Source: Octopus vulgaris
Taxonomy: Eukaryota
Assembly (NCBI GenBank): GCA_951406725.2
Contig: OX597815.1
Location: 158,038,001 to 158,102,000 of the forward strand
Length of the DNA: 64,000 nucleotides
Direction: 5' to 3'
Shown: positions 26,790 to 39,262 of the stretch, in pieces
How positions within the stretch are numbered: position 1 is the first letter of the stretch
Layout: each line of letters begins with the position of its first letter
Program-made: the position numbers and the translations under genes
The notes under the pieces: model-generated
Seen by the model: only the letters and a program-made list of their open reading frames with translations
What the model was told of the DNA's origin: nothing
The model's database searches: none

Positions 26790-27055
26790 TTATTTATTTG
26801 TTGCAAACAACTTGCAGATGCAAGTACTACCACTTGAAAGCTCTGCATACTGGATGCTAACAAGTTTATGGGGTCATCAGGAGAGTATGCATGCAGTTTC
26901 AGGGCTTTCCTTTTGATGGCATCATTGCACACTGGCCCCACTCACTGAAATGAAGCCCCACCTGCTAGATCAACTGGTTATTAGGCTTTACTGAATATTC
27001 TTCTAGCCATTGCTCAGCGTCTCTTTTTAACCAAATCCAGTGGCAGAAGCCACTA
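26790..27055 (-). mobile_element. 3' end of a Hero/R2-clade-like LINE
   Basis: Minus strand reads CHWIWLKRDAEQW (WLWLKR-type C-terminus) followed by a 3' UTR with GAAAC...ctcCTGATGA; family recognised from memory. Confidence 0.45.
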
Positions 27056-27679
27056 CAAATATGTTATGGAAAAACAAATTTATATACGGTCATGGAGAAA
27101 GTGTAACCGTAAAAATGTAGAATAATCGGAGTAATGGGCATTCAAAAAAGTATGTATGTATAGAAATGTATGGATGAAGAGATTCAAATTTAAGAAGTGT
27201 AGTTAGTAATAATGTTTAGCCGCTGCCTTGTGTAGTAATAATGTAATAATAATGTTTAGCTGCTGCCTTGTGCATAACATCTGAGGTGTGTACTGCATTT
27301 GTATACTTTTTCTTTGGAAGCAATCGGTGCCTTTCCTTAAGGAAGTATTTCTCCTTAAGGACCCTGAAGTTTTGGCAGGATCTCAGGTGAACAAACCGGC
27401 AGTTTGTACATCTTCCCCATGCCAACATTTGCCTTGCAGGTCCTTGAGTTCACTCCAAATTTCATCTCTCCTCTAGGATGTCAGATTCCATATACATATA
27501 TATATATAGAGATGTATATATATATGTATAAGAAACTTATATATACACCATTCTGCTTAAATAATGGAACTGCAGATACAATATCTTTACGTATCTCACA
27601 TCTGTTTTTATTCCTCTACTTCACACTGTATTTCATATCTTCTCTATATTAACTATTACTTAAACATTTTCTTGCACCA

Positions 27680-27725
27680 TCTCTGATGAAGGGATATATA
27701 AAATATCCTGGAAACAGCTGTAAGA
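27680..27725 (+). ncRNA. Minimal type I hammerhead ribozyme motif (Penelope-associated type)
   Basis: tct-CTGATGA-a-gggatat(ataaa)atatcct-g-GAAAC-agct-GTA-aga: both core boxes, a 7-bp stem II, palindromic ACAGCTGT stem III and a 3-bp stem I. Confidence 0.7.
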
Positions 27726-28029
27726 CCATCTCTTTATAAATGTTCTGAAAACTATTCACAGCCTTGGATTTTTTTTCTCATTCTGTAGCCCACTGACACT
27801 TGTTGACACTACATCGAAGAGGCCAGGGAACAGAAGAAAGAAGACATGCACCCAACACCAGAGCTGAAGACACCTCTGAAAGGGGGGTGAGCGCCACGTC
27901 AAAACGGTAGAAGAGTAGGGGCCGAAACCGGACGTAGTTCCTCCTGATGATGTCTTGAGCTAACTAGATCCTATAAAGGAGCTGTTGTGGTAGCAGACCA
28001 CAAAACACAGTTGAAATTCCCCATATAGA

Positions 28030-28048
28030 TAGATAGATAGATACTCTC

Positions 28049-28137
<89 letters not shown>

Positions 28138-28190
28138 CATATATATATATACATATATATACACACATATATATATATATATATGTATAT
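28030..28190. repeat. (TA)n microsatellite; similar tracts at 16612-16667, 19042-19092, 36070-36192 and 53900-54150
   Basis: Direct reading. Confidence 0.9.
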
Positions 28191-28926
28191 GGCTCTGAGC
28201 CAAATTGATAAGTCTATTATAATTTTTACTTCATGTTGTTTGACATATGCATAACTTAGGAATAAGTATTATTCATTGAAATTATGAAGCTGTCTTAGTG
28301 CCTTTTGATTTTGAAAATAGCTTTTGATAATGCATTTTCTTTTAAAATTGTATTTGTATTTCCCCAAATTTATCCCTCAACTCCTACCTTCACAGTTGTT
28401 ATTCTGGCATGATTCAACTGTAAAAAAGAAAAAAGAAAAAATGTCTGACTACTGCATAAGAGAGAACACTGATAAATTGATCAAGCTTAAAAGAAATATA
28501 ATTTTATTTACAAAATGGATAATTCAGAATTAAAAATCAACGATGACAATACTAAATTCAATCAATTAAAACAAACATTGGTATAGTAAATTTTGTCAGG
28601 TAAAATATAGGATATCAGACGAAACCATTACAACAAATTTCATTTTTAAAATGAATCATGCAATAAAATAAATAAAATCAAAATACATACATAATCAGTA
28701 AACAATATATAATTATTTACAATATATATATTTGAGACAGAAAGAAGCATTACTCAAATAGTAGGTAAAAGAACAAACCTCAACACTGCCTAATGCAAGC
28801 TTTAAGATGTAAATAGAAAACTTATTGACAGAGATATTTGTGTGTGGATGTGTATATGAGAGAAACATTATTTGTTTGTAATATTTTAATTTAAATCTTT
28901 CAAGATTTAAGTTTAATAACAAAATA

Positions 28927-29331
28927 CCGTAAATCCTCGAGTATAGACTGAGTCATGCATAATTAAGCCAGCAGCACCTAGTCGAACAAACACTTCTGTG
29001 CATGTGTAATACAATGGGAATGTAAATATGTTTGCAAATTGTATTTGTTATATGTTATTCTGTGTTCTGAATACTTTTATTTTAATAAATGTTGCTTACT
29101 GCAAGTTATGGATGATTTTTTTATGACTTCATTGCTTTCAAGCTTAGCTTAAGGTATTTTCACACCCGACATCACAAAATGTGTCTGAATAAATATTGCT
29201 GAACAGCAAATATAGACTCGGACATTGCTTAGAAAATATTTTTCATTTTTAACCTCATATATAATATGCACTAGGGATTTTGACCTTTAAATTTTGGGAA
29301 AAAAATGCGGATTATACTTGAGAATTTACGG
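28927..29331. mobile_element. Non-autonomous Tc1/mariner-superfamily (Tc2/Kanga-like) MITE, 405 bp
   Basis: TIRs ccgtaaatcctcgagtata / tatacttgagaatttacgg (17 of 19 complementary), flanked by TA on both sides. Confidence 0.85.
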
Positions 29332-29735
29332 TAATACATAATTCTTTTTCATACATTCTTTACAGGGGAAATGCAAACAACAGTAGAAACTGATCATGTA
29401 TCACACTATACTAAATGCACCCCTTCTCCTCTCACACAAACATAAATGTTCAAAAAAAGGACACATTCTGTTTTTGTTGACCATATAAAACTTGTTAAAT
29501 TTGGCAGAAATCATAGCATACCAGACAAAATATCTTGACTAGCATCTCTACATCCTTTTATATTCTGAGATTAAATCCTAGAGTTGATTAATTCCCTTAT
29601 CCCTGGGCTTAATAAAGTACCAATAATGTATTGGCATCAGTTTAATGAAGAATTATAATCTCTCTCTCTCAAAATTTACTGCCTTCTGCAATAATAAAAA
29701 AAAAGATATGCAAGTCTAACAATGATTTTACTTAC

Positions 29736-29825
29736 AGGGGGTCCAGGTAATCCAGGAGGGCCAATTGGTCCAGCTATTCCTCTTAATCCTTGTTCACCTG
29801 GTTCTCCCTTCAAGCCTGGCGGTCC
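29736..29825 (-). CDS. Collagen exon, 90 nt: GPPGLKGEPGEQGLRGIAGPIGPPGLPGPP
   Basis: Acceptor ttctacatttatag, donor GTAAGT, 10 triplets. Confidence 0.96.
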
Positions 29826-30590
29826 CTATAAATGTAGAATAATATGTACAATGTAGATGTAGCAGTATTAGACAATTTTTAAGTCACTGATAACAATTAC
29901 AGAGGTTATTTTTTGTTATGTTATATCACTGTAAAAAAGTACATTTGATAATATGACATAATATATACATGCTTTTATGCATGTTCATATACTGTAGGCC
30001 AGGCAGTCCTTGGTAAGGTAAGACCTAACCCAGTTTTAATTTCCAGTGTTGCTAATGATTTTAGAAAAGCCTGAAAGACACTACTCATTTAATTGCTTTA
30101 AAATTACCTGGTATCATTATATAAGTAATAGTTTTGTATACACTCATTTGTGTATGTAGGTGTATGTGTGCAAGTGTCTTTTGTTTTGTAGCTTTCACTC
30201 AGTTTACACGAGCGAAGATGTTAAGGATGTTTATTGTCTTCACAATTTAGAATGAAAGACATTTCATTCAATTTTCCTTGTATCTTTCTCTTCATATTCA
30301 TTACGAATTTAAAAAAAAAAAAAGTTTTTAATACAATTTTTCTAAACATATTTAGTGTGAACATCATAAAATAGCATATAATAATCCTTGTACATTTACA
30401 AACAATATTAAATTTGAGACAATTTCTTTATCAATATAACTTTTGTAGACAATTTAAGCAAAAGAATAAAAGCACTTCATATACAAAATTTGGTATTGGT
30501 AAACAGAAAGAACATTTACAGTAACTCTACTTTTCTACACATAATGCAGGTCTTTTTTCATTGAAACACATAAGTTGAGAAAGCTTCAGT

Positions 30591-30649
30591 GGATACCTCT
30601 GATGTTAGCAGAGGATACCTCTGATGCTAGCAGAGGATACCTCTGATGC
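30591..30649. repeat. 22-bp tandem repeat x2.7 (ggatacctctgatgytagcaga)
   Basis: Direct reading. Confidence 0.9.
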
Positions 30650-33095
30650 AATAAAACTAAGATTCCATATTTATTCATTTATTATTAACTATGTACTATT
30701 CCCACTTTTTATTACTATGTTTCTAAGAAGAACGATTTAGTTTTAAATCTGACCCAATTTTAAATTTGATTTAATTTAAAATATGGCCAACATGTCATTT
30801 ATGTTGGCCATTTCTCTTTTAAACATACAAAATCAAAGTCAAGAAACTCTTTGTGTGTAGACAGTTGTAAAGTGAATAAATCCTGTTTATGAATTATATA
30901 TGTATATGTATTATATATGTATTCTAAATAATATTGTTTCTAAGAAGGACAATTTAACATTAAATATGAATCGTTTTGCAGCCAATGACAAAAGCACTTA
31001 TTGGTCAATGGAACTCCACTGATCCTGATTGCCTAAACTCCCCACCTTCTATGTTTATTGATACTGACCACTTATTTGCTTAACTCTCCCTCCAATCCAC
31101 ACAAAAAAGGAAGGTAAAAATGTAGACAGTGTAAGGGAGAGGGAGCTCTTTAGACCTTTTGCATGTGGCTTCATCTCCACAATGTACCCAGTCCATGCTA
31201 TAATGTAGTTGGTGATAGAAACACAGTCCAGCCATATAATCCTACAAGGAACCTATAAAAACAATATACACAACAAAAGAGTTGGTTGACTTTTCCTTAG
31301 TAGGATGTGCTACTGGTTGAAGAACTGTGGTAAATGGTGTGGCAAAAGACCATGGTAGGAGTGGTGAGATGTTCGATGCTGTCAAACCCATGCTAGCATA
31401 GAAGAGAGCTGATGTGTGATGATGATGATGAAATTTACACCAAAAATTTAAGTAATGTTGCAGTAGAACTGAGTTGAACTGTTTACATCATGCTTACAAA
31501 CACTCACATGCACTCACACACACACACACACACATACACACACAAGGCTTTTCAAGTTGCATCACAGGCTACTTGTTTAAGAAGATAATAGTTGAAAAAC
31601 AACTCCAAATAAGAACTGATGTAGGAGAAAGAGTGTGTTTTAATCCTCCTTCAAGGGAGAATCTAACACATTGTAAAGTAATTAGTAATATGTAGGGCAT
31701 CCAGTTATAGTAACTATACCTGAAAAATGGAACATAGAAGCAAGATATTGACATAAGTGGTATTGTAGGATACCTGTCAAGGAGAGCAATAACTCCAAAT
31801 AGAACTCATTACAAGGATGATATCTTTAGTGCCTACACATAATAATAAAATGCATCAAAAGTACTGCACAAAGTGATTGGTGAGAGAAGATCTCCGTTGT
31901 GGAAACTGTGCCAAAGTGGAATATACGAGCACAATATGGATTCTGAAAGTCATATTGCAGGTTGCATATCTAGGCAGGTAGTAACTCTGAGCAGGAGCTG
32001 ATAAACTAGAAGAAACTCTTTATTTCCCCCATATGGGACAATTTCTCTAGTTCTGGTGGTACAATGAAATGCATTAAGTTCACACAGTAAGACATAAGTG
32101 TTGCTTTGTGTATATGTGTGCACACACAAAAGCATGCAGACGACACTAAGTGACAAACCTTTGAATCTATATGCCTGCATGGACAAATGACTGTAAAATG
32201 ATGACAAAAACGATGGTGATGAAAATGTTTTGTAAAACAATGCTTTTTTTTATAGTTTATTTTTAACTGAAATTGGATGTAGCTATTAATAACTGATGAT
32301 TAGTTTATGCAAGTAATTGAATTTTATATTTTTTTGCATGTAATTAAATTTGCAAATTGCATGTAATGAACATATTTTGGATAAGATATGCTGTTATCTC
32401 TCAAAACTCAATGATCTCTCAAATCAAGATTTTTTAAGTATTTCAGTTTAGTGTTGAGAAAAGATCTATGTGATAATTGGTAAAAGTGCCTGTTTTCTCT
32501 TTAAAATAGTTACACATGCAATTATTTAAATGAGAAATAAATTCTGATGTGGCAAAACTGGAATGGTTTAAAAATTATAAGTCAAGTGATGGAAACAGTC
32601 AGATAAAGACATAAAACATCCAACAATAAACTAAATATAAAGTAAAATGTTCTGTCATCAATATTGCAATAAAAGTGAGCAAAACTAAAAATAAATAAAA
32701 CTAAAAGCAAAAGCAAATTTGAATTGGGTAATGAATGTGTAAGATGCCAAGATTTCAGAGTCATATGCAAATATTAAATAATCTATGACAAATTCTTGTA
32801 ATTGAAAAAAAAAAAAATCATAATTTCTGTTTTATAAAATACTGTAAATTAAGATTAAACATATTCTTGCAAGAATTTCGGTTGTTACATATTTCATTTC
32901 AATTAGTATTTTTTAACTGTATAAACATCTTCCCAGTCTATATAAGTTTATATTAATCTCAAAGAACAGCGGATGTAATGTATTGAACATACTCCTAACA
33001 TTTCATATTTCCGTAAAATTTGAGGTACACCAGGGTCAACTTAGAATTCATCTTAGTTGTTACTATACACTTATCTCTAGTACTAAGATTCATAC

Positions 33096-33160
33096 CTGTG
33101 GCAAGGCAACAGCTGGTCATCCTGTAGAAATTTGATTACCTGTTAATAAGAAAAAGGGGG
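33096..33160 (-). other. Candidate recursive splice site (AG|GT at 33140/33139) with 44-nt frameshifting cryptic exon 33139-33096
   Basis: taactccccctttttcttattaacAG|GTAATC...ccaCAG|GTATGA inside a 14.25-kb intron. Confidence 0.5.
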
Positions 33161-35536
33161 AGTTACAGAGTTTTGTTTGTGTTAGTCTAATTTTATAAGC
33201 GATTATTTTTCTATATTAATTATTTGTTATCTCACTAAATTTTAGAATCTGGGTAAAGCGTAAAGAGAATAATAAAAATCAAGTTAATAAGTAATAGTAT
33301 TAATATTCACAATAACTTCCTTTAGTGTATTTTTAAATGTAAAGGGATTAATATTAGTTTTATCCAAAAGAAAAAAAAAGGAAAATATTTTATGAAAATT
33401 ATCATAATCTTTTTACAGTTGCAATTTTAAAGCAATAATTGAATTCTTAAATACTGAATTAATGAAAGGACCTGAATTAAGAAATTATCAATGATTTTTT
33501 TGTACTGTAACAAAGGGTATTTTATAGTTATCTTGCCACTAAAATAGACCAATATTTATAGTCACCTTGCCACGAAGAGAGACTACTGTTACTGAGTTCT
33601 AAATTAGATTGTAAAATAAGCTTTTCTGAATGTATTAAAATAACAAGAACAATATTTAAAAATAAGTATACCATTTAATGATATTGAATTCAAAGGATTC
33701 TAAGTAAAATAAAAATCCCCATATAATTATAACACCTTGCATTTTAAAGCATTTTTTGGTGAATAAGCAAGATTCTTATAAAAAAAATTATGAGACTCAA
33801 CTTCATAAGTGAAAAGTAATAGAATACAAATCAGAAAACAGCAGTTTGTTTAGTGAAGGTTTATAGATAAACAGTTGATCTGCATGAAGTTTAAGAATTT
33901 TTTTTCATGAATCAAAGTATAAGTACGCAACAGAAATATGATTTGAGCAGAAGTATAAGAAAATTTATTTATAATTTTTTTCAAAGAGAGGCATAATAAA
34001 ACTGGATTTTTAGGCCTAAATAAGATTTAGATATTTTCCACAAATTAAGCATTGAAATGTTGATTTCGATTATCAATTCCAGTTTGCAAATTAAAACTGT
34101 TTTGATGAATCTATGGAGACGTTAACACAGAGTTGAAATCAGACTAAAGATAACTTTGTAAATGTTGATTTCTGGCAAACACATTGCTAAGAAACAAGAT
34201 AAACATATCACAAATGAAGCCTAATACCAAAATTGTTTTATTAGACAGAACACAAGTTTACACATATAATCTTTGGGGTGATACTATTAAACCATATCTA
34301 AAATAAACTAAGATATTTGAGAATATAGATAACACAGTTATAAATATGGCATGCTTGGCTTAAATTTAACTGAAACCATATTACCACTCAATTATGAACA
34401 AAATGAAAATTAGAATAAAATAGAAGCAATGTAAATGATCTAAGAAGAAAGAAGCTTCAAGATATATTTTACAATGTCATCCTTCAAAATATACTGCTAA
34501 AGAACATAAGATGACTAATAAATATGATCATATTGATATAAGAACAGTTTCCAGCAAGTACTTAGGAAGAGGCCTGTGTGTCTACATAAATGATAGAAGT
34601 GTATTACCCAACCAAAACCAAAGGAGACATGCAAGTTCAAATTCAGTATCAAAGAATCAGAAAAGTGACCAAGTATGTAGAATATTACATTAATAATTGA
34701 GAAGACCAAGGGCATCTCTAGACCAGGCATACGACAATGATCTGAGATGGTTTTAGGTCCAAATAGCTCAAAAAGTACTTTATGGTCTTTGAAAGTTACA
34801 CCATACATCTGTTCAAAGCAGACTTATTTTCAAGTGTTCAAGAGATAACTTACTTTTAGGGTTAAGTATTTCTTTCATGCAAGGTAGTTGTTGTAACTAA
34901 TAGCATTCTTTGTGCTGGCAATGGATTAGGTAATTATCTTTATAGCTGGATACCCTTCCTGCTGCAAGTCTTATCCAGCAAGTCTTTTCAAGTAAGTAAT
35001 ATTTTACTCCACTATTCTTTAAACATGCAGAGATTCTGGATGCATTGTTTACAAGAATGTAAAGCATTGCATCATAATTTTGCTCAAATGATTTCATCCT
35101 GAGACACGGAATTTAAACATTCATGCACACACACACTCTCTTATGAATGACTTCCATAGAATTTCTGTTAAAATTCCACTTATAAGGCATTGGTCAGTCT
35201 GAGGCTGTAACGGAAGACATTTACCCAATTGATATATAGTGGATGAACTCAAAATTCATGTGTATATAAAATAAAGTCTGTATCCTGTCATAAATGTTAC
35301 ATATATATGAAGTAAAAGCAGTTCTAGTGTAATAAATATTATTGAATACATTTACTGCACCTCTAGAGATATGCTGTGATTGAGAAGACCTGGCAAATAA
35401 AGTGAGATCACAACTGTAGCCTACACCAGTGTTGCATAACCAGCCCACTCATAAAATACCTTTGGATCAAGTACATCATCATCATTAACATCAAAATCAA
35501 ATCAAACCACAATCAAATGGAAATTGTAGTTGGAAT

Positions 35537-35682
35537 AGTTGGCATTAGGAAGGGCATCCAGCTGTAGAAACACTGCCAGATCAGATTGTAGCCTGGTGCA
35601 GCCTCCTGGCTTCCCAGACACCAGTTGAACAACCCAACTCATGCCAGCATGATTAAAACGGACGTTAACGATGATGATGATG
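35537..35682 (+). mobile_element. SINE 3' tail with (GAT)n end
   Basis: ttggcattaggaagggcatccagctgtagaaac...ggacgttaacgatgatgatg; inverted close match at 62474-62620. Confidence 0.75.
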
Positions 35683-36105
35683 ATATATATATATCTGCAT
35701 GTATGTATGTATGTATATATGCATGTAAGTATATATTGTGTGTGTGTGTGTGTGTACACCTGCACACACTGCATTTTTTAGTGTACAAGAAATAATTTTC
35801 ATTCAAAAACTTAATGTCAAAATCTGGTAGTATTCTATACACCAAAAGTATGTATATTATACATATAATAGCATACCGATATTGTCAAAGACGTCAACAG
35901 TTTTATTAATGATAGAAAATGGTGCGTTAACACAATGGAAGTAACAATTGCTAAATGTCAGGAATCTAGTGAATAAATGTACATTCACAGAATTGATGTA
36001 CTTGAAGAATCAGATACGGTTATACTATCTTGATTGAAAATATCATCCACATAATACACATGCGTGTGTGTGTGTATATATATATATATATACACATACA
36101 CACAC

Positions 36106-36136
<31 letters not shown>

Positions 36137-36165
36137 GGTAGTCAGGGTATATAATACATACATGC

Positions 36166-36199
<34 letters not shown>

Positions 36200-36202
<3 letters not shown>

Positions 36203-36810
36203 GGGTGCAGTGAATAAATTGCCATCTAAATTATGCAAAAATGAAAATAATACTGACACCTCATTTTAAAAGATGTATTTACCAAAATTACATAAAAGTA
36301 TCTTGAAATATTAAAGAGTAAATTTATTCAATAAAATCACCATTGGCTTCAACTATAGCCTCCAAACAATTTTGGAATCTCCTACAACTCTTCTGGATGG
36401 TCTTCTCATTTAAGTTGTTGAATTCTGCCATAATCCTTGCCTTCAGTTCATCTTTGGTGTTACATACATAATAATCAAGAGGGTTGCAGTCTGTGGAGTT
36501 ATGTGGCCAGATTTTAAGGGCGTTGTTGTTGCAGAAATTGTCCGACAGCCATCACTGGTTTTCCTGCTTGCGTGGCATGGTGTGGAGACCTGTTGCCAGA
36601 TATAGGGTCTTCCAGAGGCCACCCTCTTGACCCAGGGCAGCACTACCTCATCCAGGCACTTGATGTATTCCTCTGTATTGAGTCCAAGGCCGTGTGGGAA
36701 GATGAATGGAGATATAACGTCACCATTACTAGTGATCACTCCAAACACCATGATGTTGACTGGATGTTTGATCTTTATCACTCTCAGTACATGTTTCGGA
36801 GACACGGCAA
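36200..36810 (-). mobile_element. maT/DD37D-like Tc1-mariner transposase 3' fragment
   Basis: ORF 36443-36853 gives KHPVNIMVFGVITSNGDVISPFIF...YIWQQ..PCH; after a frameshift WPHNSTDCNPLDYYV (WPPNSPDLNPLDY-like); terminus cagggtg at 36201. Confidence 0.85.
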
Positions 36811-37093
36811 ACCAATGGTTGGAGAAGCACTGCAAAACAAAGACACAGCACATAGCAGTATGACCTCAGCGCACAACGCTGGTTGTCAGACTGATGCCTG
36901 AGGGTTGCATCAAGTGACTTCTAGTGGCGGAAACCGGAACTACAATGGGCTTTTCCCATAGAGAATGTTCCTGGTTACTTTTGGGTACTTCTTCACACAT
37001 ACACACACACACATATATATATGTGACCGTGTGTGTATTGTTGGCGATTTTCTTTCTCCGTCTTCCATTCCTTAGACCTTTCCTTTTTCTATG

Positions 37094-37126
37094 TTTCTGA
37101 CAAAGAGCTCTGCTCGAAACGTTAAA
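37094..37126 (+). ncRNA. Degenerate minimal hammerhead motif in a Penelope-type repeat
   Basis: ttt-CTGACAA-a-gagc(tct)gctc-GAAAC-GTT-aaa; G8 changed to A, so probably inactive. Confidence 0.55.
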
Positions 37127-37494
37127 TCCTCCTTCTTTCTTTCCTTTCCTGAGCATCCAATAACACTATACTTGTTCCACGTCCTCACATTGTTGTGTTT
37201 TCTCTTTGTGCTTTCATGTTTGGATTAGCTATATATATAAATATGTATATATATATATATATATAATATATATATACAAAGTATGAGGTTTTAGTTCACA
37301 GGTGAGCTAAATGATTAGCTACACTAGGTAAGTGGACCACTGGGACTCCAAGGTTATAACTGAGACGGTAGTTATGGAGCCATTGCAGATTTCTAATGCA
37401 GTGGATAGATAATTGTTAAACAGGATATCAAACATTAAGGCAAGGCAAACATCTCAAGTCATATACGATATTATTACAGGAAGAAATAAAAAAA

Positions 37495-37547
37495 TCTTAC
37501 AGCTGTTTCTGGGATATCCTTGAGTATTGAATATTTGTCATCAGAGA
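37495..37547 (-). ncRNA. Hammerhead motif, same family as 27680-27725, at the 3' end of the Penelope remnant
   Basis: Minus strand: tct-CTGATGA-caaatattcaatactcaaggatatccca-GAAAC-agct-GTA-aga; core intact, base of stem II mispaired. Confidence 0.6.
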
Positions 37548-38246
37548 CAAATTGGGGAAAAAGTATGGAAAATGAGAATGGTATATATCAATAAGATGAT
37601 AACATAGAGGAAGGGAGTAAGAGAATAAGGAGATGGAAAGAAAGAAGAAAAAAGGCATAAAAGTTTGTAGTTCAACGTTCTAAAGTTATAGAAACCAAAG
37701 CATGAGTCCTTTGGTGTAATTCTGTGTATATCCATGTGGGTTAAAGTCCTTATATAGTAGACATCCCAAGAGAAAGACGCGAACATATCAACGTTCAATA
37801 ACAGAATGGTAGCAGAAGTGGCTGTTAATTGGTAAAAGTAGAGAAATTTAAAAAAAATAGAAAGAGGGGTGGATAGAGTGAGATAGGGGGGATTTTAAGG
37901 ATTGGCTATATGATAAAGTAATGCGTATATGTGTATGGTGTCTAAGAATTGTGTATGGGGTAGCCGCGAAGATAAGAGAGAGGATGAGGAGGTAGAGGAA
38001 GACAGGGTAAAAAAATAGAGTGAAATGAAAGGAATTTAAAGAAAGTCTAAAGTTGTTGGGGGAGGAAGTTTGGTAGTAATTGCTTGTGTCCATCCTGGCT
38101 AAGGTCAGTGGCTGTAGAGTTATTTTTAGCAATGGGGCTGTGTGTGTATAGGTAGTCGAGAAAGGAAGAGCTAGTTGAATATTAAATTATTTATGAGTGG
38201 AAGTTGGAGTTAGGGGTTTATATTAGGGGGTTTTTGTGTTAAGGGT

Positions 38247-39262
38247 TAAAGACCGATTCTATGACACCCTCTTGCAGACTACCTCATTGGTGAATGACAG
38301 GGACCATCTCTTTGTGGCTGGTGACTTCAATGGTCATGTTGGACAACATACAGGGGCCTTCCATGGTGTACATGGAAGCTATGGTTTTGGTTCCCGCAAT
38401 GAGGAGGGAACCAGGCTGCTGGAGTTCTGTGATGCAAATGATCTTATGGTTTGCAATACTAACTTCAGAAAACCTGCCAGTCGCCTAGTCACCTACTGTT
38501 CTGGCAGACACACTAGCCAAATTGACTACATCCTCACCAGAAAAGGGAAAGATGGCTGCTTATAAATGCCAAACCCTTCCCAGGTGAAGAATGTACCCCA
38601 CAGCATAGACTGGTACTCAGTGACTTCAGGATCAGGGCTAAGTGGATGCCCAGAAGATGACGAGCATGGAGGAGAAGGGTGTGGAAGCTTAAAGACCCTG
38701 TGAATGGACAGAGATTTAGAGATATATTACTCGAAGCCTTTGACGAAATAGAAGGGAATATAGCTTCACATGATGTAGAAGACAACTGGAGGTTTTATGG
38801 GACAACCTGCTGAGGGCCACTGACCAGATCTGTGGATGGTGCAAAGTCCCCTCTCGATCCAAAATAATGTGGTTGTGGAACAATTTTGTTGACAGGGCTA
38901 TTAGAGAAAAGAAACAGGCTTGGAGGGACAGTCGTAGCAGGGAATTGTATCAGACTGCCAGAAGGGAAGCTAGGAGACAGGTCTATTTAGCCAGAGGGGA
39001 AGCAGATAAGAAAAAATTTGCCAATGTTCTGCGCCGTGAGGACCAAAGACTTGAGGTATTTCGTGTTGCAAGACAGTGTGTGAGAGAGAATCGTGATGTC
39101 ATAGGAGAGAAATGTGTCTGCATGGATGATGGTTCACTTGCACTAAACAAGGCTGCAAAGAGAGAGGTTTGGAGACGCCACTATGAAAGGTTGCTCAATA
39201 AAGAAAATGAATGGGAGAAAGAGAGTCTGCCGAATGTCGACCCAACAGAGGGACCAGCTATC
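38247..39262 (+). mobile_element. RTE-clade LINE fragment (AP-endonuclease C-terminal half plus linker)
   Basis: AGDFNGHVG, GFGSRNEEGTRLLEFC, CNTNFRK, SQIDYIL, W(L)WN and WRRHYERLLN motifs; frameshifted and truncated at both ends. Confidence 0.92.

Noticed and set aside
31715-31735. ttttcAG|GTATAG on the minus strand as a recursive site
   Set aside because: Falls inside a decayed SINE tail, with a short pyrimidine tract and weak donor
34854-34871. 18-nt segment KYLTLK before a GTAAGT
   Set aside because: Upstream acceptor lacks a pyrimidine tract
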